The notes: generated by a model from the letters alone, not told the origin. Positions 38,606 to 48,813 are shown, numbered from the stretch's first letter. The stretch is DNA of 64,000 nt from Berkelbacteria bacterium GW2011_GWE1_39_12 (GCA_001029735.1 CP011213.1:460613-524612); one strand, 5' to 3'. Translations and numbers: made by a program.

Positions 38606-39898
38606 ATGAGAGAAATTCTACGCAATATGTGGCGAAGAAAGTTTCGCACGTTTTTAACTATTTTTGGCATTGTAATCGGAATGTTCGCATTCACGGTCAT
38701 GGGCTCGATGGCTTTAAAATTTAATAAAATGATTGAGGGTGGCAAAAAATACATTACGGGCCAAATTACAATTATGCCAAAAGGGACTAGCTTTACTGGC
38801 GGAGGCAGTAATTCGATGTTACCGATAGACACTTTAACTGAAATTTCCAAGGTTGAAGGCGTTCAAGCTGTCGGCGTGGGAGTTGAGTTATCTCTCGAGG
38901 AGCCGAATCCCGATGATCCGATGGGGGCAAGTATGTCTTTTGGGACACCGCCAACGATTGAGGGTATGGATTTAAACTCAAATTACGAAAATAGGAATTG
39001 GAAAACAATGGATATGAAAGAGGGGAAAATGATCGCTAAAGGAGATAGTGATGATAAAATCACCGTGGGCTACACGATTGCACTGGACAAAAATTTAAAA
39101 ACTGGCGACAAATTCAAAATTCGTGGGCGCGAATTTGAAGTGGCAGGGGTATTGGATAAGACTATGACAGGACCAGACTCATATGTTTTTATGCCGATTA
39201 CGCCGGCGCGAGAACTGCTGATTGCGTCTAATCCGTTTTTGAAATCGCTAAAAGAGCAGTCGGATAATGCTGCAAAAATCTCAGATGCTGCGTTGGCGGC
39301 AATGCCAACGGCCACACGCGAACAAATAATCAGTGCCAAATCATTTAAAGTCGACGATGTGACGACGATGGCCGGTGTTTCTTGGAAAGATGGCGCAGAT
39401 TCGGAAGTTGTCTCGAATCGGATTAAAGAACAATTTAAGGATCAGGTCTTAGTTTTATCTCCTGTTAAAATGGGTGAACAAATTGACAAGGCATCAGTTA
39501 TGTTTAATGCAATAATCTTAGGCATGGCATTACTAGCATTGATCGTAGGTAGCTTTTCAATTATTAACACGATGGTGATGAGTATTTCTGAGCGCACTAA
39601 AGAGATTGGGATTAAAAAAGCTTTAGGTGCTTCTGGTTGGTCAATCGCTCGAGAATATACATTAGAAGCTGGAATCATCGGCTTACTTGGTGGCGCTATT
39701 GGCATGGGTCTAGGCGTTTTAACTGCGGTTCTACTCAATCACAAATTAGCGGAAAAGGGAGCGGAAATCTTTTTAATACAAAACAACTTTCTTGCCGGCG
39801 TGATTATTTTCTCCTTTGCTATTGGTATTTTCGCGGGAATTATTCCAGCAATGCGGGCGGCAAAGATGAAAGTTGTAGAAGCGATAAGGGAGCTATAG
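38606..39898 (+). CDS. ABC transporter permease, FtsX/MacB type
   Basis: N-terminal TM, large periplasmic domain, C-terminal 3-TM FtsX-like domain. Confidence 0.8.
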   Translation: MREILRNMWRRKFRTFLTIFGIVIGMFAFTVMGSMALKFNKMIEGGKKYITGQITIMPKGTSFTGGGSNSMLPIDTLTEISKVEGVQAVGVGVELSLEEPNPDDPMGASMSFGTPPTIEGMDLNSNYENRNWKTMDMKEGKMIAKGDSDDKITVGYTIALDKNLKTGDKFKIRGREFEVAGVLDKTMTGPDSYVFMPITPARELLIASNPFLKSLKEQSDNAAKISDAALAAMPTATREQIISAKSFKVDDVTTMAGVSWKDGADSEVVSNRIKEQFKDQVLVLSPVKMGEQIDKASVMFNAIILGMALLALIVGSFSIINTMVMSISERTKEIGIKKALGASGWSIAREYTLEAGIIGLLGGAIGMGLGVLTAVLLNHKLAEKGAEIFLIQNNFLAGVIIFSFAIGIFAGIIPAMRAAKMKVVEAIREL

Positions 39899-39930
39899 CC
39901 GGAATTTTCTAGAAAGAAAATATAAAAAAT

Positions 39931-40608
39931 ATGAAAAATATAATAATTGGTAAAAATTTAAAAAAATGTTATAAGATGAGTAAAACCAATACGGTTAATG
40001 CTCTTAATGGTGTCGATGTTGAAATCCAAGAGGGGGATTTTACTGCTATTGTCGGTCCGTCTGGTTGTGGTAAATCGACTTTGCTGCATATTTTAGGCTT
40101 ACTGGATCGTCCTGATTCTGGTGAACTTTCTATCGACGAGATTGATGTTTCAAAGATGAAGGAGCGACAAGCCTATAAACTTCGGGCTAAAAAAATTGGT
40201 TTTGTCTTTCAGGGTTTCAATCTCATTCCCACTTTGACCGCATTGGAAAATATTATGCTCGCCGGCCAATATGGCGGTTTAAAGCCAAAAGCCCGTAAAG
40301 AAAAAGCGTTGGCGTTACTGGAAAAAATGGGATTGAAAGACCGAGCTAATCATAAACCAAATGAACTTTCTGGTGGTCAACAACAACGCATTGCGTTAGC
40401 GAGAGCGCTAGTCAATGATCCGTCTTTAATTTTAGCCGATGAGCCGACAGGAGAGTTAGACAGCAAAACATCCTTGGAAATTATCGAAATGCTAAAAAAA
40501 TTGAATAAAGAGGAAAACAGAACATTTATAATTGTGACACATAACAATGAAGTAGCTGAAGCTTGCAAAAAGACAATTAGACTCAGAGACGGCAAAAACG
40601 ATAATTAA
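39931..40608 (+). CDS. ABC transporter ATP-binding protein (MacB/LolD-like)
   Basis: Walker A GPSGCGKST, signature LSGGQQQR, Walker B LILADE. Confidence 0.85.
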   Translation: MKNIIIGKNLKKCYKMSKTNTVNALNGVDVEIQEGDFTAIVGPSGCGKSTLLHILGLLDRPDSGELSIDEIDVSKMKERQAYKLRAKKIGFVFQGFNLIPTLTALENIMLAGQYGGLKPKARKEKALALLEKMGLKDRANHKPNELSGGQQQRIALARALVNDPSLILADEPTGELDSKTSLEIIEMLKKLNKEENRTFIIVTHNNEVAEACKKTIRLRDGKNDN

Positions 40609-40623
40609 AATTTGGAGAGCAAA

Positions 40624-40694
40624 TAGCCAAGCTACCACTTGTCGCGGAAATTTAAGGATTAAATTATAATTGGCAAAAGCCAATTTCGGAAATT
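40624..40694 (+). promoter_or_regulatory. CCAAGC/TTGTCGCGGAAATTT box followed by tandem duplication CGGAAATTTAAGGATTAAATTAT
   Basis: Fourth member of the box family; duplicated RBS-proximal segment. Confidence 0.5.
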
Positions 40695-40707
40695 TAAGGA
40701 TTAAATT

Positions 40708-41127
40708 ATGAAAAAAAGAGTTGAGACAAAATTTGGCTACGTTGTAGTAATTATTGTTAATATTATTCTTTTTTATATTTTTAACCATTTGCTCTTGTGG
40801 CATATACCTTTTTTACTCCAAAGCTGGAACGCCCCGCTTGGAATCATAAATATTCAAATTTTAGGGACTATTACTGCGACCTTAATTTATTTGATCTTTG
40901 ACCCCTCTTGGTTTAAAGCGCTTACAAAAACAATCTTAAACATTGTCAGTTTTCTTTTCATGCTGACTATTTATTATGTATTTCCGTTTAACTTTTCAGT
41001 TTATTCACACCTTCCTTGGTTGGAAAACACGGTTAAAATATTAATTATAATAAGTTTAGCGCTTACAACGGTTGGGATTTTGGTCGAGTTTATCAAAATT
41101 TTTGTTAAAGAAAAGAAGGATAAATGA
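40708..41127 (+). CDS. hypothetical membrane protein
   Basis: 139 aa with 4 hydrophobic helices. Confidence 0.35.
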   Translation: MKKRVETKFGYVVVIIVNIILFYIFNHLLLWHIPFLLQSWNAPLGIINIQILGTITATLIYLIFDPSWFKALTKTILNIVSFLFMLTIYYVFPFNFSVYSHLPWLENTVKILIIISLALTTVGILVEFIKIFVKEKKDK

Positions 41128-41594
41128 AAACATTGGTTGTTTACTATTCACGTTCTGGTCACAATGAAAGTTTGGCGAGAAATATCGCCAAGAAGCTGAA
41201 TAATTCAGAGATTGAAGAAATCGTTGATCTCAAAAATCGTGAAGGCGGTTGGGGAATCTTCATTTCTATTTTGGGCCAATTCAGTAAAAAGTTAACTCAG
41301 ATACAGACTCAGATAAATAATCCGAAAGATTTTGATTTAGTGGTAATAGTTTCGCCGCTCTGGGCGGGGATTCTGCCTTCTCCGACGAGAACATATATCG
41401 CCAAAAATAATGAAAACTTGAAAAAGTATGCCTTTATTTCTGTTTCTGGCTCAGGTAAAGATAATTCGAAAGCGATCGAGGATATAGAGAAAACTGTCCA
41501 TCAATCTCCATCTGCCTCTTTGTTATTAAGCGAATCCGATTATAAAGGCGATGCTTCCTTGCAGATTGAAGAATTTTTGAATAACTTAGCTTAA
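41124..41594 (+). CDS. flavodoxin-like fold protein
   Basis: MKTLVVYYSRSGHNE N-terminus typical of flavodoxin-like/NADPH quinone reductase folds. Confidence 0.45.
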   Translation: MKTLVVYYSRSGHNESLARNIAKKLNNSEIEEIVDLKNREGGWGIFISILGQFSKKLTQIQTQINNPKDFDLVVIVSPLWAGILPSPTRTYIAKNNENLKKYAFISVSGSGKDNSKAIEDIEKTVHQSPSASLLLSESDYKGDASLQIEEFLNNLA

Positions 41595-41650
41595 GAAATA
41601 GATTTTTAAAAATGAGGCTTAACCGCCTCTTTTTTAATACTTAGTTACTC

Positions 41651-41708
41651 TGTGGATAACTTTGGCAAAACTGTGGATATGTCTAATTGTGGATAAGATG
41701 AGGATAAG
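41651..41708 (+). promoter_or_regulatory. cluster of DnaA-box-like 9-mers (TGTGGATAA, TGTGGATAT, TGTGGATAA, GAGGATAAG) followed by an AT-rich tract
   Basis: Three reverse complements of TTATCCACA within 46 bp, same orientation. Confidence 0.5.
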
Positions 41709-41813
41709 TTTACAATCTATTTTTGTCTATCTAATACCGTATCTATCACTTGTCTATTTAACATTTGCCTTGCTATTTATCTATCGATAAAATAGACTTG
41801 GTGTAAGAGATAA

Positions 41814-42326
41814 ATGGTTGGGGAAATTGTGGCTAAAGTAAAAATTGATCTACAAAATAAATGCTTAGAGATTGAAGGTGAAGAGGCTTTTATCGCTGAT
41901 ATTTTTAGCGAAACCCAGAAGTTGTTCATGAATGATCTTGAGGCTCTAGCTGTGGATAAGTCTAGCATTGTTACTAAGAGACAGCACAAAAACGGAGTAC
42001 TAAAAGAGTCATACACAATTATCAAGAATATAGATTTCAACGAGCCGAAATCATTGAAATCTTTTTATAGCTCGAAAAAACCACAATCTGCCCTTGAGAA
42101 AAATGCAATTTTTATTTATTACTTGGATAAAATCGCATCAATCAAAAATATTAACTTAAATCATATCTATACTTGCTATAAAGAAGTTGGCGAAAAACTA
42201 CCCCAGGCGCTCAAGCAGAGCCTGGCAGACACTTCAAGTAAGAAAGGTTGGATTGACACTAAATCTATGTCAGATATCAAAATAACGATTAAAGGCGAAA
42301 GTTTAGTGGAGCATGAACTAGTCTAA
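41814..42326 (+). CDS. hypothetical protein
   Basis: 170-aa ORF only. Confidence 0.3.
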   Translation: MVGEIVAKVKIDLQNKCLEIEGEEAFIADIFSETQKLFMNDLEALAVDKSSIVTKRQHKNGVLKESYTIIKNIDFNEPKSLKSFYSSKKPQSALEKNAIFIYYLDKIASIKNINLNHIYTCYKEVGEKLPQALKQSLADTSSKKGWIDTKSMSDIKITIKGESLVEHELV

Positions 42327-42354
42327 AAATGATATAGTTAAGTCAGGAGAACAT

Positions 42355-44073
42355 TTGGACGAAATTGAGCAAATTAAACAGCGAATTGATATTGTCGAAC
42401 TTATTTCAAGTTATTTGACAGTCAAAAAAGCAGGTACGAGCTATCGTAGCTTATGTCCTTTTCATAATGAAAAAACCCCATCAATGATGATCTCGCCAGA
42501 ACGACAAACTTTCAAGTGTTTTGGCTGTAACGAAGGCGGCGATATTTTTGAGTTTGTGATGAAAATGGAAAATTTAAGTTTTCGTGAAGCACTGGAAATG
42601 TTAGCTCAACGAGCCGGTGTGAAGCTCGAGCGCTATAAGCCAAAGAATTCCGAACAGGAAGCGAACAACTCAAATAAAAAAACGCGGCTTTTTCAAATTA
42701 ACGCTTTGTCGGCACAGGTCTTTCACAAAATTTTAATGACCCACTCATCAGCCGAACAAGCCAGAGCTTATTTAAAAAAGCGAAAATTAACCGAACAAAC
42801 ACAAAAAGATTTTTTGATTGGTTATGCACCTTCGTCTCGAGCTTTAAAATCTTTTTTGTTAAAAAGAGGCTTCACGGAAGCTGAAATTCAAGAAGCGGGA
42901 AGTCCGGATCGATTTTATAAAAGAATTATGTTTCCAATTACCGATGTGATGGGTAATGTTCTAGGCTTTACTGGTCGGGTCTTGGAAGCCGATATCCAGC
43001 CAAAATACCTGAATACTCCGGAAACAGTCATTTTTCATAAGGGTCGAATTCTATACAACTTGGTTCGTGCTCGCGGCGAAATCAAAATGAAGAAAGAAAC
43101 TGTTGTGGTTGAAGGCCAGATGGATGTGATTTCGTCTTATCAAGCCGGAGTTCAGAATGTGGTGGCAACTTCCGGTACTGCCCTAACTGAAGATCACCTA
43201 CAAATTCTTTACCGTTATACGCCAAATATTTCTTTTGCTTTTGACGCTGATAGCGCAGGTTTATCGACGGCCAAAAAGGCCTATGAAATGGCCATCGTTC
43301 AAGGTTTTAATGTTAAAATGGTGGAAATAAAGGATTTTAAGGATCCTGGAGAAATGATCGAAAAGGATCCTGACCTTTGGATACAAACTGTTGAAAAGGC
43401 TAAGCCAGTCATAAATTGGTTTTTTGACTTAGCTTTTTCTAAAAAAGACGAACTCACTTCGGTCGACAAAAAAGAAATAGCTAAAGAACTGCTACCAATT
43501 ATTAAAAAGATTCCTGATTCGATAGAGCAGGCTCATTTTGTAGAAATTTTAGCAAAAAAATTAATGCTGCCAGACAAAATCATATTCGAAGCTTTGAACC
43601 GAGTTGCCGGTAAAACTGAAAAAACCTCCAAAAAACCCCAAGAAAGCGAATATTATAAGACAACAATGGAAGAAGTTTTGATTGGCATTTTGGCTTCGAA
43701 AAAAGAAATTTTGGAAGAAATATTGCCAATTGTGTCGATTGATGATTTTGATAATATTTGGTGTAAAACAGTTTACAGTACCCTTTTAAACTGGTATAAT
43801 AATAGTAGAAAAACTGACGATTTAGGAAAATTTCTAACTTCGCATCTCAAACCTCAAGAATATAAAAAGCTTGAGTTGATTTTGATGGAAGTAGAAAAAG
43901 ACTATGCTGAAGAGTCTCTGCCGGCAGCGAAAGATATCGCTTCAAGAATTAAAGAAAACCGGCGTGAAAAATTAAAAGATAAATTTGCTAAAGAAATTGG
44001 TCAAGCCGAAGAAAAAGGCGATAAAGAGAAATTAAAAGAACTAATCAAGGAGTTTCAAGATGCCATCAAATAA
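42355..44073 (+). CDS. dnaG: DNA primase DnaG
   Basis: Zinc ribbon [10 protein letters not shown]...C.GC, TOPRIM domain (EGQMD, DAD). Confidence 0.9.
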   Translation: MDEIEQIKQRIDIVELISSYLTVKKAGTSYRSLCPFHNEKTPSMMISPERQTFKCFGCNEGGDIFEFVMKMENLSFREALEMLAQRAGVKLERYKPKNSEQEANNSNKKTRLFQINALSAQVFHKILMTHSSAEQARAYLKKRKLTEQTQKDFLIGYAPSSRALKSFLLKRGFTEAEIQEAGSPDRFYKRIMFPITDVMGNVLGFTGRVLEADIQPKYLNTPETVIFHKGRILYNLVRARGEIKMKKETVVVEGQMDVISSYQAGVQNVVATSGTALTEDHLQILYRYTPNISFAFDADSAGLSTAKKAYEMAIVQGFNVKMVEIKDFKDPGEMIEKDPDLWIQTVEKAKPVINWFFDLAFSKKDELTSVDKKEIAKELLPIIKKIPDSIEQAHFVEILAKKLMLPDKIIFEALNRVAGKTEKTSKKPQESEYYKTTMEEVLIGILASKKEILEEILPIVSIDDFDNIWCKTVYSTLLNWYNNSRKTDDLGKFLTSHLKPQEYKKLELILMEVEKDYAEESLPAAKDIASRIKENRREKLKDKFAKEIGQAEEKGDKEKLKELIKEFQDAIK

Positions 44074-45259
44074 AAAAAATGATATTGACGTTGCTAGAGC
44101 TAGTCGTGATCGTAATAAAATCGCTCATGATGAAAAAGTTGAACTAAAAGCAGCTAAGAAAAAAGGTAGAATTAAGAAAAAAGAGGAAGTCAAAGTTAAC
44201 TTTCCTGAAGGCATTCAAAACTTGATTGCCAAGGGTCATGAACATGGCTTCGTCACCTTTCAAGAAATAATGCAGGCTTTTAACGAACCAGAAAAAAATC
44301 TGGCTTTGCTTGACGCTCTCTATGAAGAATTTTTAGAACAGGGTATAGATGTCACCCAAGGTAAAAAATTACTTGATGTTCCGGGTGAAGAGGGCGCTGC
44401 AGCAAAAGCCGTTTCCGAACTTAAAGATATTTCTGACGATTCGGTTCGTATGTATTTGCGTGAAATCGGCCGGATTCCATTACTTACTACGGAAGAAGAA
44501 ATTAAGCTCGCCAAAAGAATTGAGGCCGGTGATGAAAACGCTAAACGAAAATTAGCTGAAGCCAACCTTCGTCTAGTCGTTTCAATTGCTAAAAAATATA
44601 TTGGTCGGGGATTAACCTTGTTGGATTTAATCCAAGAAGGAAATACTGGCTTGCTTCGTGCTGTGGAAAAATTCGATTACCATAAAGGATATAAATTTTC
44701 GACGTATGCGACTTGGTGGATTCGTCAGGCTATTACTCGCGCTATTGCTGACCAGGCCAGAACCATTCGTATCCCAGTTCACATGGTTGAAACAATTAAT
44801 AAATTGATTCGTGTTCAACGTCAATTGGTCCAAGACCTTGGTCGTGAACCATTACCTGAAGAAATTGCTTCTGAAATGGGTATTCCGGTTGATAAAGTTG
44901 AGCATATCATTAAAATCTCTCAAGAAACTGTTTCACTGGAAGCACCTGTTGGCGAAGAAGAAGATTCGAAGTTGGGTGATTTCATTGAAGATAAAATTTC
45001 TTTATCTCCTGAAGAGAATGCCATTTATCAATTGATGAAAGGCCATGTTGGCGAATCATTGAACTTTCTTGCCCCAAGAGAACAAAAAATTCTTAAAATG
45101 CGTTTCGGTTTAGATGAAACCGGTCGCACTCATACACTCGAAGAAGTTGGCAAGGAATTTGGTGTGACGCGTGAACGTATCAGACAGATCGAAGCCAAGG
45201 CTTTGCAGAAAATGAAAAAGCACGAGCAGTCTCAAAAGCTTAAAGATTATTTAAAATAA
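44060..45259 (+). CDS. rpoD: RNA polymerase sigma-70 factor RpoD
   Basis: Regions 1.2, 2 ([10 protein letters not shown]...[10 protein letters not shown]), 3 and 4; follows dnaG as in the classic operon. Confidence 0.9.
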   Translation: MPSNKKNDIDVARASRDRNKIAHDEKVELKAAKKKGRIKKKEEVKVNFPEGIQNLIAKGHEHGFVTFQEIMQAFNEPEKNLALLDALYEEFLEQGIDVTQGKKLLDVPGEEGAAAKAVSELKDISDDSVRMYLREIGRIPLLTTEEEIKLAKRIEAGDENAKRKLAEANLRLVVSIAKKYIGRGLTLLDLIQEGNTGLLRAVEKFDYHKGYKFSTYATWWIRQAITRAIADQARTIRIPVHMVETINKLIRVQRQLVQDLGREPLPEEIASEMGIPVDKVEHIIKISQETVSLEAPVGEEEDSKLGDFIEDKISLSPEENAIYQLMKGHVGESLNFLAPREQKILKMRFGLDETGRTHTLEEVGKEFGVTRERIRQIEAKALQKMKKHEQSQKLKDYLK

Positions 45260-45577
45260 GTACCTAACTTTTATGTCCGAATATAATTTTTCGATTTTTT
45301 TGGCGACAGTAAAATCTCTTTCTGTCACTTTACTGCCAATACTGAAGCGAGAAAGTTCAAATGTGATTTTTTTGTACTTGATAATTATATCGGGGTGATG
45401 ATCAATTTCATTACAGAAAGGCGCCAAGCTGTTAACTAATTCAAGCCCATCACTGAAAGACTTAAACTCAAATGTTTTAGTGATTTTATTGCCAGAGTAT
45501 TTCCAGCCAGGAAGATTTATTAAGCGTTCATAAATTTCCGCTTGTGATAATGGTTGTAGATCGAGATCGTTTTCCAT
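45251..45577 (-). CDS. pterin-4a-carbinolamine dehydratase (PCD/DCoH)
   Basis: EIDHHPD motif in a 108-aa protein. Confidence 0.7.
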   Translation of the reverse strand: MENDLDLQPLSQAEIYERLINLPGWKYSGNKITKTFEFKSFSDGLELVNSLAPFCNEIDHHPDIIIKYKKITFELSRFSIGSKVTERDFTVAKKIEKLYSDIKVRYLF

Positions 45578-45757
45578 TTTTTCCTTTCAACTGATTAATT
45601 ACTACCTTATAATATGCTTGTCTAGAGATTAAGGGTTTGTGAAAACGAATAAAAAATAATATTTACAAGAGTAAGGAAAAATGTTAAAATAGCTGTGTAG
45701 GTAATATGCGACTTACAACATATTCCCCGGTAGCTCAGCGGTAGAGCAAATCCCTGT

Positions 45758-46325
45758 ACCCTAAAAATCCTCCGTCATTGTGCCATACTAGCGTATAATA
45801 ATTATATGGATAAGAGAACATATAAAGATCGTGCACAATATAACATTCAAGCAGTCGCGAAGCGAAGAAGAAAGATCAAAGCGATGGCAATTGAATACAA
45901 AGGCGGAAAGTGTAGTATCTGTGGTTATAATAAATATGCCGGCGCTTTAGATTTTCACCATATAGACGAATCAACCAAAAAGTTTGATTTATCTACCAAG
46001 GGTCTTACTAGATCATGGGAAAGGACTAAAACCGAGATAGATAAGTGCATATTGGTTTGTGCCAATTGCCACAGAGAAATACACGCTGGATTAGTGCAGC
46101 TTCCCGTGGAAACACGGGTTGAAAAATAAGGTTAATTGCCCCACAAGGGGTCCCGCGTAGCTTTACGCGAAGTGGGATCGGGAAGCCCTGAGTTTTGTTC
46201 AGGGTAATCCGCAGCCAAGCTTCGATGAAAGTCGTTGAAGGTTCAGAGACTATACGCCTTAGGCCGAAACGTAAAGCCGTCGGTTATGAGATAGTCCACC
46301 CTCTTAAGTAATTAGGAGACACGTG
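45758..46325 (+). mobile_element. group I intron in the tRNA anticodon loop, carrying an HNH homing endonuclease ORF
   Basis: Core sequences GTTCAGAGACTATA (P7 5' / R) at 46234-46247 and GAGATAGTCC (P7 3' / S) at 46285-46294. Terminal G immediately before exon 2. ORF sits in the 5' peripheral region. Confidence 0.7.
45806..46129 (+). CDS. HNH homing endonuclease (intron-encoded)
   Basis: CSICG...HH.D......N....CANCHREIH HNH motif; 107 aa. Confidence 0.75.
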   Translation: MDKRTYKDRAQYNIQAVAKRRRKIKAMAIEYKGGKCSICGYNKYAGALDFHHIDESTKKFDLSTKGLTRSWERTKTEIDKCILVCANCHREIHAGLVQLPVETRVEK

Positions 46326-46360
46326 TAAGGATAAGGTCGTCCGTTCGAATCGGACCCGGG

Positions 46361-46469
46361 GAGCCACTAAAAATGATCATCGTCAGATGGTCTTTTTTAG
46401 TGGCCGATGCATCGGAGCCAAGTTATAATTTGCTTTGCAAATTTCCGAATTTACGAAGTAAATATAAAA
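46361..46469 (+). repeat. 109-bp direct repeat (left copy) beginning with the last nucleotides of the tRNA (GAGCCA) and containing the hairpin CCACTAAAAA...TTTTTAGTGG
   Basis: Second copy at 48707-48813, about 85 percent identical and collinear. Confidence 0.65.
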
Positions 46470-46500
46470 TAGACGCAAACGGTTGCCGTCTTTTTTGTTT
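46468..46500 (+). terminator. terminator-like hairpin GACGCAAACGGTTGCCGTC plus T-run (repeated at 54214-54246)
   Basis: Read directly; part of a dispersed repeat module. Confidence 0.5.
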
Positions 46501-46574
46501 TTAAACTTTCATTGTTTTTTCTTGGTGTAACTGATAAATTAGAGTAAAGAGCGCAAAAACTTTTAAGGAGACTG

Positions 46575-47573
46575 ATGTCCAAATTTATTCCAGGATTAGA
46601 GCTAAGCGAACGTTTCTTTTTTGAAGCAGTAAAACCAATTCTTGACAAAGAACTACCTAACCTAAAATATTCAGCTGGTCTCATCGGCTATGGCTCAGAA
46701 GTATTAGGTTTTGATACTGAAGAATCAACAGATCACCATTGGGGACCGCGATTCTTGATGTTTTTGGAAGAAGAAAATTTTGATGCCCAGAAAGTTGAAA
46801 TCGACAAAATCCTAAGCGAAAAATTGCCACATAATTTTCTGGGATTCAGTACTAATTATACCGAAGGCGATAAAATAGGAGTTCGTCATCCTGAGCCAAT
46901 AACGAGTGGTCCAATTAGGCACTTTGTGGAATTTTACACGATAAAATCCTATTTAGAAAAACGCTTAAATATAAGTTCAGTAGAATCTCTTACGAACGTC
47001 GATTGGATAAAATTTCCCGAACAAAGATTACTAGAGACTATTTCCGGTAAAGTATTTATTGACGGTCTTGGCAAATTAGAAGAAATGAGAGAGGCACTTC
47101 ATTACTACCCGAAGGATGTATGGCTATATCGATTAGCAAGCGAGTGGCAAAAGATCAGTGACATTGAAGCTTTTGTCGGACGGTGCGGAGATGTGGATGA
47201 CGATCTTGGTTCTCGTCTTGTTGCGAGTGATATTATTAAATCTATTATGAATCTCTGTTTTCTAATGGAGAGAAGCTATATCCCTTATTCGAAATGGTTT
47301 GGTAGTGGTTTCAAAAGATTAAAAAGTTCAGAAGTTTTGCTGCCAGTTCTTATGAATATAATGACTTCTCCAGACTGGAAAGAGCGGGAATCGAATTTAT
47401 CGCAAGCTTACAAAATAATCGCTCATATGCATAACAATCTTAATATTACGGAAAAAATGTCCGAAGAAGTCGAATCTTACTACGGTCGACCATATTTGGT
47501 AATTCGAGCTGATAAATTTGCGGAAAAGATAATGGATCAAATACCGGAAGGCAGCAGAGAGGAAATGAAATGA
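46575..47573 (+). CDS. nucleotidyltransferase-fold protein
   Basis: GYGSEVLGFDTEESTD matches the Pol-beta-type NTase motif hG[GS]x9-13 D x [DE]. Confidence 0.45.
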   Translation: MSKFIPGLELSERFFFEAVKPILDKELPNLKYSAGLIGYGSEVLGFDTEESTDHHWGPRFLMFLEEENFDAQKVEIDKILSEKLPHNFLGFSTNYTEGDKIGVRHPEPITSGPIRHFVEFYTIKSYLEKRLNISSVESLTNVDWIKFPEQRLLETISGKVFIDGLGKLEEMREALHYYPKDVWLYRLASEWQKISDIEAFVGRCGDVDDDLGSRLVASDIIKSIMNLCFLMERSYIPYSKWFGSGFKRLKSSEVLLPVLMNIMTSPDWKERESNLSQAYKIIAHMHNNLNITEKMSEEVESYYGRPYLVIRADKFAEKIMDQIPEGSREEMK

Positions 47574-48019
47574 AAAAACCAATAAATAATAATTTAGTCA
47601 TACAACTACATATCCCTGATTTTGATGTTGCGAAAGATTTTTATTCAAAACTTGGCTTTGAGGTGGCAATGGATGATAAACCGAATGATAAATTGCCTGG
47701 TTATTTTACTATGATTCGCAAAGATGATTTAGGTCAAACTTTACTTAATTTTTATGGCGGTGACGAGAGAGTATACGATCAAGCCTTTTTTAAACAATTT
47801 CCAAAAGAAACAAAAAGAGGATACGAAGTATCAATAACGATTGCAACGAACAGTATCGACAAGCTATATCAATCAGTTCAAGCTAATCTAAAAGAATCGA
47901 TTGTAAGAGAATTAAAAGAAATTGAAGATCACGGAAATGTTTGGAAAGATTTCCGAATGGTTGATCCCTTTGGGTTTTATTTGAGATTTACAGAACTTAT
48001 CGATTGGGGGCAAGTGTGA
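47570..48019 (+). CDS. hypothetical protein
   Basis: 149-aa ORF overlapping the previous stop; no family recognised. Confidence 0.3.
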   Translation: MKKPINNNLVIQLHIPDFDVAKDFYSKLGFEVAMDDKPNDKLPGYFTMIRKDDLGQTLLNFYGGDERVYDQAFFKQFPKETKRGYEVSITIATNSIDKLYQSVQANLKESIVRELKEIEDHGNVWKDFRMVDPFGFYLRFTELIDWGQV

Positions 48020-48034
48020 AAGGAGAGGACAAAT

Positions 48035-48514
48035 ATGTCTATTATAATTAGACAAGGAAAACCAGAAGATATTAGTCAAACTAAAAACCATTTGATTGAG
48101 CTTTGGGTTGAACATTCTAAACATGAACCAGATTTATTGGATGAAGAAAAAATGAGAAATACAGATGCAGAAAGCCATTACAATAAATGCCTTGAAAATC
48201 CTGATAAAAATTTTGTTTTTGTCGCAGAAGACAGCGGCAAAATTGTTGGGTTTTTGGCATCTTATATTGACGAGATTCCTGCTTTTTTTGAACACCCAAC
48301 AATTCTATATCTTGATGAGATTTTCGTCTTGCCTGATTATCGGCGACAAGGTGTTGCTCAATCGCTAATACTGCAAGCAGAAAATATAGCAAAAGAAAAA
48401 GGAATTAAAAGAATACAAGCGAGAGTCTACACGTTTAACACAGGAATGCATAAGTTTTTAGAATCAATGGGATATAGAGCACCTTATGCAACTTGGGATA
48501 AGACATTGGAGTAA
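48035..48514 (+). CDS. GNAT family N-acetyltransferase
   Basis: Acetyl-CoA-binding motif RRQGVAQSLILQAENIAKEKG. Confidence 0.8.
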   Translation: MSIIIRQGKPEDISQTKNHLIELWVEHSKHEPDLLDEEKMRNTDAESHYNKCLENPDKNFVFVAEDSGKIVGFLASYIDEIPAFFEHPTILYLDEIFVLPDYRRQGVAQSLILQAENIAKEKGIKRIQARVYTFNTGMHKFLESMGYRAPYATWDKTLE

Positions 48515-48567
48515 TCAGAGAGATAATATCATTTAGTTACAAACATTTAGTATGGCCAATTTTATTT

Positions 48568-48687
48568 TAACCTGACCCCAGTATTCTAATCATTCAATAA
48601 TGTTATAATTTTCTTTGTTAAGAAAATTTCGGGATTTTTCTGAGAGAAAAATATAAGCGGAGCTTGCAACTCGCCGTCGCTCGTTAT
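48568..48687 (+). repeat. intergenic repeat module (TTAACCTGACCCCAGTATTC...TTGTTAAGAAAATTTCGG...AAGCGGAGCTTGCAACTCGCCGTCGCTCGTTAT)
   Basis: Collinear copy at 51053-51175, about 85 percent identical; partial copy at 54104-54160. Confidence 0.6.
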
Positions 48688-48706
48688 AATATTTTGACTA
48701 ACATGG

Positions 48707-48813
48707 AGCCACTAAAAAGTAGCCAATACGTTGGTCTTTTTTAGTGGTGGATGCACGCGGAGCCAAGTTATAATTTGCTTACAAATTTCCGAATTTACGA
48801 AGTAAATATAAAA
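48707..48813 (+). repeat. 107-bp direct repeat (right copy), followed by a terminator hairpin at 48819-48847
   Basis: Matches 46361-46469 including GAGCCACTAAAAA and GGAGCCAAGTTATAATTTGCTT...TTTCCGAATTTACGAAGTAAATATAAAA. Confidence 0.65.

Larger units (their letters stand above)
45724..46366 (+). tRNA. intron-containing tRNA, most likely Asn (GUU). Exon 1 is 45724-45757; exon 2 is 46326-46366 and includes CCA
   Basis: 5' half TCCCCGG-TA-GCTCAGCGGTAGAGC-A-AATCC-CTGT. 3' half TAA-GGATA-AGGTC-GTCCG-TTCGAAT-CGGAC-CCGGGGA-G-CCA. Acceptor strands are perfectly complementary. Layout mirrors bacterial tRNA-Asn (U1-A72, G73, loop CUGUUAA). An alternative junction would give Thr (UGU). Confidence 0.65.

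Noticed and set aside
46326-46366. tRNA-like 3' end (T-arm GTCCG-TTCGAAT-CGGAC plus acceptor plus CCA) with no 5' partner nearby; considered tmRNA
   Set aside because: The matching 5' acceptor/D-arm half lies 570 nt upstream at 45724-45757, and group I core motifs lie between them. It is therefore an intron-split tRNA, not a tmRNA.
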